Positions 11,611-21,864 of a DNA stretch of 64,000 bases are shown here, in pieces; position 1 is the stretch's first letter; every line of letters starts with the position of its first letter. Below the pieces are notes generated by a model. It was not told the DNA's origin, searched no databases, and saw only the letters and a list, made by a program, of their open reading frames with translations. The position numbers and the translations under genes were made by a program. Source of the stretch: Ranitomeya imitator (Eukaryota); assembly GCF_032444005.1 (NCBI RefSeq), contig NC_091282.1, positions 71,734,001 to 71,798,000 of the forward strand. The letters are read 5' to 3'.

Positions 11611-13059
11611 ATGTGTGCCACTATCATGTACTTCATATTCCACTTATCATGTCCCCATATAAGTATTTTTAAGTTTTTTTAACATACGATTGTGTCTAAT
11701 TGTTGTTTTTATTGCTTTTTAGTAACATTGGTATATATGTATACACATTTCACTATGGAGGTGCGAGAAACGGCTAATGGACTGTGCGAGCAACGGATCC
11801 GGTCACTACATCTAGTTTCCGGCCATAATATTTGGACTATTCCGGATAAACTGCTACTGATCCAACTGGGCACACCTTTGTGTGTGCAGCATTTATGTGA
11901 TACAATATTGTATTATCGCTGTATATAAATTGTGTTTTGTATCAGGAGTGAATATACGCCGTATGCACTTTCTAATTTATCTTGTCACGGTTTGGTGTGT
12001 TTGGTATGTATAGGGTTAAGAGTCGCGCTGCTTCCTCTGACGCGTGCTGTGTATGCTCGCCGCCACGCCTCCCAGTTCTCGGCGTCTTGTGATGTGGTGT
12101 TGGTCCGGCTTGGCCCCGCCCCGTTGTGACGCCGATGCTGATGGGCGTCGCCGGGGATCATGCAGCGGCACGCGTCATGCTTGGGGCAGCACGTGCGACT
12201 TCCGGGTGCGCGGTTATCTGTGCACTTGCCAGGATGTATAAATATGAGTGACTTGTGTGTGTATGCTAGGCCCCTTGATAAAGGAGTCCGAAACGTGCGT
12301 CGGGGCACGCGCGCGGCTGCGGGTATCAGAGTTACATCCCCCACTACCCTACCAAGGTAATTTGTTTACATGGTTGTTTATATCATGTGGCCTCCTGGCC
12401 GGGTATGATTTATATTATGCATGGTGGATGTGTCTATGCCTGGGAGATGTGATAGAGTTTTCCCATATAGGTTGCATATCCTTTGGGACATATGTCCTGC
12501 CCATTATAGGGGGGTGTGTGTGGAGTGCCCTATTATGGGGATGATTGTGCACATTATTGATTTAGAGTATTAGCTGTTTCCCAAGATATAACAGATAGTT
12601 CTATATATACTCTATTACCCGTGGCTGCGCGTGTCTATGGGTGATTGTGATTTTTGTAGTAGTTCGTCTCTCTGTGTACACCTTGGTTGTATATGGTTTT
12701 AAGATAACTTTCAATAAAAATTGTGATTTTATTAGCTATACTTGGCCTTCTGATCATCTGTTGTATCGCTGTTCAGGTAATGAGTGGAGGAAAGAGGAGA
12801 CTCTTAAAGAAGAAGTTACAGGTCTGTGAGAGCCAGAAATCTTGATTGTTTGTTTCTGACCAAATACTTATTTTCCACCATAATATGCAAAAAAAATGAT
12901 AAAAAAAACAGACAATGTGATTTTCTGGATTTTTTTTTCTCAGTTTGTCTCCCATAGTTGAGGTCTACCTATGATGTAAATTACAGACGCCTCTCATCTT
13001 TTTAAGTGGTGGAACTTGCACTATTGCTGACTGACTAAATACTTTTTTGCCCCACTGTA

Positions 13060-13192
13060 TATTATCACGCAGGATGGGTTTTAAGGATGATTTTACATAT
13101 AGACACACCCCACCCCCTCGCTTATCTGTACGGTCATTTCTGAACAGGCTATAGCCCTGCAAGTTAACAGCCCAGTCATGGCTCTCAGCCAT
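13060..13192 (-). mobile_element. 5' part of the same CR1 endonuclease, separated by the Tc1 insertion; 5'-truncated
   Basis: ESHDWAVNLQGYSLFRNDRTDKRGGGVCLYVK is a typical CR1 endonuclease segment and is continuous with 1-1383 once the Tc1 is removed. Confidence 0.85.
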
Positions 13193-15318
13193 TGTCTACT
13201 ACTCGCGCTGAGATCAGTGCAACCAGGAGACGATGATGAGAGTTGTATTCAGCAGCAGCTGGGTAACTCCTGTGTATAATAAATAATTACACTAAAAAAA
13301 ATGGTGTGGGCTCCCACTCAATTTTCATAACCAGTATAGGGAAAGCCGATGGCTGGGGGCTGATGTTAATAATCTGAGAAAAGGGCTATATCCTAAAAGG
13401 TTCCCAGGCTATTAATAACAGCTCACAGTTCTTTGCTTAGCCTTTAATGGTGACTCTACAGGGGATCCCAGAAAAAAATGAGGTGGGGACCCATTATAAA
13501 TTAAAACCAGCAAAGGCTAAACAGACAGTTGTGGGTTGATATTAATAGCTTGACATGGGGTCAGAGATATTGGCCCCTCCAGGCTACCAACATCAGCACT
13601 CAGCCGCTCCAGAAATGGTACATCCATAAAATGCACCAAATACAGTATGGTGCCTAGCCTCGCTCTTCCCACTCGTTCTGTGGCGGTGGCAAATGGGGAA
13701 ATATGGTTGGGGTTCAAGTCAGTTTTGTATTGTCAGCTGACATTGACATCAAGCCCAGGAGTTAGTAATGGAGAAGCGTCTATAAGACGCCACCATTCCT
13801 GACCCCGTAGTCAAATTGTAAATAAAAAACACCCAGAATAAAGTCCTTTATTTGAAATAAAAATCCACTCCGTTTTACCGTCGCAGTGATCTCATTGAGG
13901 TCACCGCAGTTCATCTTCCCGTCTCACAGTGAAGTGAGTGTGGGAATGCAGCCTCAGGGACCAGCGGTAACCTCGATGGTGTCACTGCATGTCACTGATG
14001 CTGTGCTCGCAGCAGCTCCTCCCATGGTTTTCAGCAAATATGCAAATTACCTCATTACAGAGGAAGAGAGCTTGAACTCTGGTGACATCTATTGGAAGTA
14101 GAAATACTAAAAGTCAATATCGACCCTTTAACTAGCCTTGTCATATCACATAAGATCAAAGCCAAAACAGAATCTTAATTTGTAGACATGTGTTTAGAGG
14201 TGTTGCCCCTCCTCAATGCAAAGCATGAGATCTGATTTGGCGGTACGAGAGGCTTTTGACTGGGGTCTCAGAAGTAACATTTCTCCTAGTAAAGAGTTTC
14301 ATGCAAAGGTAAGCTTGTACGCAATGTCTCTCATGCAGCCAAATCAGATCTCATGCTTTTCTGCTCAACTTCTGATCCTAAAATTCCTCGAAAAACATCA
14401 ATCCTTGAGACTTCAATTACTGAAAAAGGAGAATGGTCATTTGTTAGTTGGAAAGACAAAAACTAATGGTCATCTGACCAACTGAAGGTCTATAATAAAC
14501 ATGTTGTTACTTGAACAATACAATGCAGTGTGCGCACAATTATTAGGTAATTTGTATTTTTTATTACTAATTTTATTATTGAACATCTCCAATGCTCTTG
14601 GTCAATCCAAAGAGTTAATAAACCTGAAACTTGAATATTTAAGAAAGTAACAGTATCTACATGTGCAGAATTATTGTGCAACTAATAAAAATTCAAAATT
14701 TTACATCTCTATTGTTTATTTTCAATTGTTAACCCCTTTACCCCCAAGGGTGGTTTGCACGTTAATGACCGGGCCAAATTTTACAATTCTGACCACTGTC
14801 CCTTTATGAGGTTATAACTCTGGAACGCTTCAACGGATCCCAGTGATTCTGACATTGTTTTCTCATGACATATTGTACTTCATGATAGTGGTAAAAATTC
14901 TTTGATAGTACCTGCGTTTATTTGTGAAAAAAACGGAAATTTGGCGAAAATTTTGCAATTTTCCAACTTAGAATTTTTATGCAATTAAATCACAGAGATA
15001 TGTCACACAAATACTTAATAAGTAACATTTCCCACGTGTCTACTTTACATCAGCACAATTTTGGAACCAAAATTTTTTTTTGTTAGGGAGTTATAATGGT
15101 TAAAAGTTGACTAGCAATTTCTCATTTTTACAACACCATTTTTTTTTAGGGACCACATCTCATTTGAAATCATTTTGAGGGGTCTATATGATATAAAATA
15201 CCCAAGTGTGACACCATTCTAAAAACTGCACCCCTCAAGGTGCTCAAAACCAAATTCAAGAAGTTTATTAACCCTTCTGGTGCTTCACAGGAATTTTTGG
15301 AATGTTTAAATAAAAATG

Positions 15319-15735
15319 TATCGTTTCTCCTTATGGAGTGTGACATACCATCTCTGGCTTGTCAAGGTAAGGAGGCTTATTCTCCGTGCAATGCTCCTCT
15401 GGGAAATATAATATGCAAATTGCCTCTTCCGAGAAAAAGAGGACTTAACTCTATAGCGCCACCTGTTGGAAGTAGCGATCCTACAAGTCACAATCAACTC
15501 TTTAATGAGTCGTGCAATATGACTTAGGATAAAAGCCAAATTAGTATCTCAATTCGCAGACACGGTGTTTCGGGCTGTTGGCCCTCGTCAGTGCGAAGCA
15601 TGAGAACTAATATGGCTAGGTGAGAGGCTCTGGACTGGGGCCTAAGGGGTATCGTTTCTACTTATGGAGAGTGACATACCATCTCTGGCTTGTCAAGGTA
15701 AGGAGCCTTATTCGCCGTGCAATGCTCCTCTGGGA
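15319..15735 (-). mobile_element. Retrozyme / satellite-2-like element: 331-bp monomer plus ~87-bp terminal redundancy
   Basis: Direct repeat 15319-15406 ~ 15650-15737; 7-bp TSD AAAAATG (15312-18, 15736-42); host element sequence rejoins across it; central canonical hammerhead. Confidence 0.8.
15553..15597 (-). ncRNA. Canonical type I hammerhead ribozyme
   Basis: UUCGCA-CUGACGA-GGGC(CAACA)GCCC-GAAA-CACCGUGUC/UGCGAA: 6-bp stem I, perfect core, 4-bp stem II, short near-palindromic stem III, GUC cleavage between 15559 and 15558. Confidence 0.88.
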
Positions 15736-17014
15736 AAAAATGAACATTTAACTTTTATTCACAAAAAATTTACTTCAGCTCCAATTTGTTTTATTTTACC
15801 AAGGGTAACAGGAGAAAATGGACCCCAAAAGTTGTTGTACAATTTGTCCTGAGTGCTTCACAGAAGTTTATAATGCAGAACCGTAAAAATAAAAAATCAT
15901 ATTTTTTCACAAAAATTATCTTTTCGCCCCCAATTTTTATTTTCCCAAGGGTAAGAGAAGAAATTGGACCACAAAAGTTGTTGTACTTTTTGTCCTGAGT
16001 ACGCTGATACCCCATATGTGGGGGTAAACCACTGTTTGGGTGCATGGAAGAGCTCGGAAGGGAAGGAGCGCCGTTTGACTTTTCAATGCAAAATTGACAG
16101 GAATTGAGATGGGACGCCATGTTGCGTTTGGAGAGCCACTGATGTGCCTAAACATTGAAACCCCCCACAAGTGACACCATTTTGGAAAGTAGACCCCCTA
16201 AGGAACTTATCTAGATGTGTTTTGAGCGCTTTGACCCACCAAGGGCTTCACAGAAGTTTATAATGCAGAGCTGTAAAAATAAAACAAAAATTTTTTCCCA
16301 CAAAAATTATTTTTTAGCCCCCAGCTTTGTATTTTCCCGAGGGTAACAGGAGAAATTGGACCCTAAATCTGTTGGCCAATTTGTCCTGAGTGCGCTGATA
16401 CCCCATATGTGGGGGGGAACCACCGTTTGGGCGCATGGGAGGGCTCGGAAGGGAAGGAGCTCCATTTGGAATGCAGACTTAGATGGAATGGTCTGCAGGT
16501 GTCACATTGCGTTTGCAGAGCCCCTAATGTACCTAAACAGTAGAAACCCCCCACAAGTGACACCATTTTGAAAACTAGACCACATAAGGAACTTATGTAG
16601 ATGTGATGTGAGAGCTTTGAACCCCCAAGTGTTTGACTACAGTTTGTAACTGTATATTGGAAACTAGACCCCCCAGGGAACTTATCTAGATGTGTTGTGA
16701 GAACATTGAACCTCCAGTTTCACTACAGTTTATAACGCAGAGCCTTGAAAATAAAAAATCTTTTTTTTTCCCACAAAAATTAAATTAAAGAAATTGGACC
16801 CCAAAAGTTGTTGTCCTATTTGTCCTGAGTGCGCTGATACTCCATATGTTGGGGTAAACCCCTGTTTGGGCACACGGGAGAGCTCGGAAGGGAAGAAGTA
16901 CTGTTTTACTTTTTCAGCGCAGAATTGGCTGGAATTGAGATCGGATGCCATGTCGCGTTTGGAGAACCCCTGATGTGCCTAAACAGTGAAAAAAAAAACA
17001 CAATTATAACTGAA

Positions 17015-17254
17015 ACCCTAATCCCAACAGTAACCCTAACCACACCCCTAACCCTGACACACCCCTAACCCTAATCCCAACCCTATTCCCAACTGTAAAT
17101 GTAATCTAAACCCTAACCGTAACTTTAGCCCCAACCCTAACCCTAACTTTAGCCCCAACCCTAACTGTAGCCCTAACCCTAGCCCTAACCCTAGCCCTAA
17201 CTCTAACCCTAGCCCTAACCATAGCCCTAATCCTAGCCCTAACCCTAGCCCTAA
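17015..17254 (+). repeat. Degenerate telomere-like (CCCTAA/CCCTAG)n tract inside the piggyBac-like element
   Basis: Repeated CCCTAACCCTAG and CCCTAA units read directly. Confidence 0.85.
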
Positions 17255-20200
17255 TGGGAAAATGGAAATAAATACATTTTTTTAATTTTTCCCTAACTAA
17301 GGGGGTGATGAAGGGGGGTTTGATTTACTTTTATAGCTGTTTTTATGATTGGCAGCCGTCACACACTGAAAGACGCTTTTTATTGCAAAAAATATTTTTT
17401 GCGTTACCACATTTTGAGAGCTATAATTTTTCCATATTTTGGTCCACAGAGTCATGTGAGGTCTTGTTTTTTGCGGGACGAGTTGACGTTTTTATTGGTA
17501 ACATTTTCGGGCACGTGGCATTTTTTCATCGCTTTTTATTCCGATTTTTGTGAGGCAGAATGACCAAAAACCAGCTATTCATGAATTTCTTTTGGGGGAG
17601 GCGTTTATACCGTTCCGCGTTTGGTAAAATGGATAAAGCAGTTTTATTCTTCGGGTCAGTACGATTACAGCGATACCTCATTTATATCTTTTTTTATGTT
17701 TTGGCGCTTTTATACGATGATGCTGCATGGCGGCTCTTTTTTTGCGGGACAAGATGACGTTTTCAGCGGTACCATGGTTATTTATATCTGTCTTTTTGAT
17801 CGCGTGTTATTCCACTTTTTGTTCGGCGGTATGATAATAAAGCATTTTTTTTTGCCTCGTTTTTTTTTTTTTTCTTACGGTGTTTACTGAAGGGGTTAAC
17901 TAGTGGGCCAGTTTTATAGGTCGGGCCGTTACAGACGCGGCGATACTAAATATGTGTACTTTTATTGTTTTGGTTTTTTTATTTAGATAAAGAAATGTAT
18001 TTATGGGAATAATATTTTTTTTTTTCATTATTTAGGAACATTTTTCTTTATTTTTTTTTACACATTTGGAAACATTTTTTTTAACTTTTTTACTTTGTCC
18101 CGGGGAAGACATCACAGATCGGTGATCTGACAGTTTGCACAGCACTCTGTCAGATCACCGATCTGACTTACAGCACTGCAGGCTTCACAGTGCCTGCTCT
18201 GAGCAGGCTCTGTGAAGCCACCTCCCTCCCTGCAGGACCCGGATGCCGCGGCTATCTTGGATCCGGGTCTGGAGCAGGGAGGGAGGTAGGGAGACCCTTG
18301 CAGCAACGCGATCACATCGCTTTGCTGCGGGGGGCTCAGGGAAGCCCGCAGGGAGCCCCCTCCCTGCGCGATGCTTCCCTGTACCGTCGGCACATCACGA
18401 TCATGTTTGATCGCGGTGTGCCGGGGGTTAATGTGCCGGGAGCGGTCCGTGACCACTCCTGGCACATAGTGCCGGATGTCAGCTGCGATAGGCAGCTGAC
18501 ACCCGTCCGCGATCGGCCGCTCTCCCCCCGTGAGCGCGGCCGATCGCGTATGACATACTATCCCCTCGGTGGTCATAGGGGCCCATCCCACCTCGACGGG
18601 ATAGTACGTCTAATGTCAGTAAGGGGTTAAAGTGAGAATAATAACCGAAACAGCTCAAAATGTAAAAAAATACATTTCTGACATTTGAATAAAAATCTCA
18701 GTGACAATATATCTAACATTCTACTGTATTCAATAACAGTCATAATTCTTCTACTCATAGAGTCTACCAGATAGTTAATCAGTTGACGATTTTTTTGGGC
18801 AGCACCAACCACAGACTCTCGACACTGATCAGAGAGGGGACTGTTTTCCCTCACAGTAAAATTTCCCATATAGAAAGGGCCACAAGTTCTCAATAGGGTT
18901 TAGGTCAAGCGAGGAAGAGGCCGGGTCATTCTTGCCTCATTATTAAGGCATTTACTGGCAGCCGAGCAGTTGAGACTTCAATGCTGCAATGGAGCAGTGT
19001 CCTGCAGAAAAATCATGGATTTCTTGAAAGATGCAGACTTTTCCCTATACCACTGCTGGAAGAAAGTGCCTTCTAAAAACTGGCAGTAGGTTTGAGAGTT
19101 GATTTTGATTCCATCTTCAACCCCAAAAGGTCCAACTGGCTCATCTTTAACAATACCAGCCCATAGCAGTGCCCCAAGTCCACCTTGCTGGCGTCTGAGT
19201 AGAGGTGGAGGTTTGTGACCATGGTCCATCAAGAGTCACAATTCTCATCAGTCCATAAAACCCTTGAAAAATCTGTCTTCACATATTTCTTAACCAAGTA
19301 TTGACATTTCGTCTTCTGTGACTTGTTTAGTGGTGGTCAGGTTTCAGTCTTCCTTACCTCGACCATATCTCCGAACACTGAAAAGCTTGCAGTTCTCTGC
19401 CTTGTTCAGTGGTGGTTGGGCTTAGCCTTCCTTAAGTCGGCCATGCCTCTGAGCACCTTGTACTTCTGTGTCTTTTTCAGTGCTGGTTGGTTCAGCCTTC
19501 CATACCTCGACCGTGTCTCTGACGCTTGAGCACGCTGTACTTCTATGTCTTGTTCAGTGGTGGTCGGGTTCAGTCTTCCATACCTCGATCGTGTCTCTGA
19601 GGCTTGAACACCCTGTACTTCTGTGTCTTGTTCAGTGGTGGTCGGGTTCAGCCTTCCTTACCTCAGCTGTGCCTCTGAGCCTTGATCACCCTGCACTTCT
19701 GGGCCTCCAGGGAGGTTGCAGTTCTATAATATGACAGCATTGGAAGATAATGGCTTCTTAGTCACTTCACATTTGATTCTTCTCACAACTTTGGCAGCTA
19801 ATTTGCATCTTTCTGGCTCAACGCATTTGCTTGTGACCCCGTTCACTATTTGAAACAAAACTTTTGATAGTTCTGTGATCACGCCCCAATATTTTAGCAA
19901 TTTCAGGAGTACTGCATTCCTCCCTAAGGCTTGTATCAATTTATTTTTCAGTTGGTTAAATCATTTTTTTGGCCCATTTTACCTGAATACAAATACATAT
20001 CACCTGATCTCCTTCATCCAATAAGCATCGAGTTTATACAGCTTGGAGGTGGAAAATCGGCATACAAATGATGATCCGTTCAAAATACTCACTGCCTAAT
20101 AATTCTGCACACAGTGTAGACACATGGATGTGTATAAATTAGGTGGAAAAATATTTAGAATTGAGAGTCCTCAGTGGTTGATACCTTTTAATGGCTAACT

Positions 20201-20373
20201 GATAAGATGGTAAAAAATTGCAAGCTTTCGAGACTACATACGTCTCTTTATCTTGATTAAACTGTTCATGGAACGTCTTTAGCTGTGGCTCAGACTCCAT
20301 CCAGAAGATTAAAATGTCATCAATGTAGCGGTAGTACGCCAGAGTTTGAGTTTGACAGGAGACTGGCACAGCA

Positions 20374-21553
20374 ATGGGAAGTAAAATGGCCCCACTGTAT
20401 GCAAATCTTTTCATGGCCAAGCTTGAAAGCGACTTTTTGTCCTCATGTCCCATCAGGCCTCTGGCGTACTACCGCTACATTGATGACATTTTAATCATCT
20501 GGACGGAGTCTGAGCCACAGCTAAAGACGTTCCATGAACAGTTTAATCAGTTTTATCCTACCATCAACTTGACACTCAACTACTCCTGCAATGAAATTAA
20601 CTTTTTGGACACCATCATTAAGCTGCAGAACAATAAAATAGAGACATCCCTGTATCAGAAGCCAATCGACCGTCCAACATACCTTAAATGGGACAGTTTC
20701 CATCCAAAACACATAAAAACTCTATTGTCTACAGCCATCCATCAGATACAATTGTATATGTTCCAACTCAATGGATAGGGATGAACACCATGGTCGCCTC
20801 AGAAAGACCTTTTTGAATCAGGGCTACCATCCAAGAACAATTGAAAATCAGATCACAAGAGCCACCAGAACATCAAGGAATCACCTGCTACATTACAAAG
20901 CTAAAGAAGAAAATAACCGGGTACCTCTAGTAGTCACCTACAATCCAAATCTGGAGGTGCTAAGGGGAGCTGCACAGAAATTACAACCTTTACTGCAAAA
21001 AGATGCCCATTTACAATCCATTTTTCCAGACCCCCCACTACTGTGTTTTAGGCAGCCCCCAAATTTAAGAAGCATCATTGTCAAGAGCTCCCTGTCCTCT
21101 CCAACAGCTGCAGGTACCTTTCCTTGCAACCAGAAAAAATGTAAAACCTGTCCATTTATAATGACCACGGACAAGATAAAGATCCCCAATTCATATCAGG
21201 ACTACAAGATCCCAGGTACTTTCAGCTGAGTCACATCTAATGTGGTGTACCTAATTATTTGTACTAAATGTCCAACTGGGGGTCTGTATGTGGGGGAGAC
21301 AGGGCAGAAACTGAGAACAAGGATGAACTCTCATCGCCATACAATAAGAGAAAAAAGAATGGATATACCTGTGGCAATACATTTCTGTCTCCCAAATCAT
21401 AACATTATGGACATGAAATTACTTGTACTAAAAGGTAACTTCAAATCGCGGAAAGACAGGAGAGTCTGGGAATATAAACTGATGACGACCTTTGACACGC
21501 TAACTGCAGGAATTAATGTGTCACACGGATTTATGTCTTTTTACATCAACTAA
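20374..21553 (+). pseudogene. Penelope RT/GIY-YIG pseudogene
   Basis: GTAMGSKMAPLYANLFM, YRYIDD, NFLD, CNQKKCKTC linker and VYLIICTKC...YVGETG...RMNSH, spread over three frames. Confidence 0.9.
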
Positions 21554-21781
21554 GGAACTTGCCCATCAGACCATGTGGGGTCATCACAACAGAGACCCTA
21601 ATCACAGTACAATAAAACAATCCTTATCTAAGAATTGGCCCAATATTTATGGACGTAACTGTTTATCACCCATGGTAATTCTGCTTCATGTCACCTGGCT
21701 TATCCATGGTTTTTCCCTTTTTTTTTTTTTCTATACTATGTTGTGCATAAATATGTGATTCTTCAGAATTTGTTTTAGTCT

Positions 21782-21822
21782 TTGCCTGATGAAGAGACGT
21801 ATGTAGTCTCGAAAGCTTGCAA
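21782..21822 (+). ncRNA. Minimal hammerhead-like motif in the pLTR of the second Penelope
   Basis: UUGC-CUGAUGA-A-GAGAC(GUAUGUA)GUCUC-GAAA-GCUU/GCAA; stem III is reduced to the palindrome AGCU and could form only as a dimer. Confidence 0.55.
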
Positions 21823-21864
21823 TTTGTTACCATCTTTTCAGTTAGCCATTAAAAGGTATCAACC

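Larger units (their letters stand above)
2724..12775 (+). mobile_element. Penelope-like element (Neptune-type), young; inverted 4.2-kb copy plus a 1.3-mer tandem
   Basis: Flanked by duplicated Tc1 sequence (CA)GGTAATGAGTGGA at 2709-2723 and 12774-12788. Direct repeats 6942-8367 = 11350-12775 (period 4408). 2724-6941 is the reverse complement of unit positions 8695-12775 extended to the equivalent of 8504. Confidence 0.95.
1386..13057 (-). mobile_element. Tc1/mariner DD34E transposon (IR/DR type, ~208-bp TIRs), split by a 10-kb Penelope-like insertion
   Basis: TIR CAGTGGGGCAAAAAAGTATTT at 1386 and its reverse complement ending 13057; TA on both sides (1384-85, 13058-59); inner direct repeat AAATAAGTATTTGGTCAG; near-identical to 58630-60235. 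Confidence 0.95.
14733..18626. mobile_element. Non-autonomous piggyBac-like element (TTAA TSD, CCCCTT termini), 3.9 kb
   Basis: TTAA|CCCCTT at 14729-14738 and AAGGGG|TTAA at 18621-18630; the flanks rejoin as Tc1 sequence. Internal ~400-bp degenerate repeats (15800-17000) and a telomere-like tract; no transposase. Confidence 0.75.
14521..20116 (-). mobile_element. Decayed Tc1-like (DD37E/TRT-type) transposon interrupted by a piggyBac-like element
   Basis: Right TIR ...GCCTAATAATTCTGCACACAGTG|TA at 20116; degenerate left TIR near 14521; transposase remnant RRQQGG..WAGI..GPF.VEDG.K.NSQTYCQFLE..FF.QWY.KSASFKKSMIFLQD at 18978-19232. Confidence 0.7.

Noticed and set aside
13200-14500. Possible exons or a classifiable element
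   Set aside because: It looks like decayed interspersed repeat; I found no termini, motif or splice-consistent frame to support a call.
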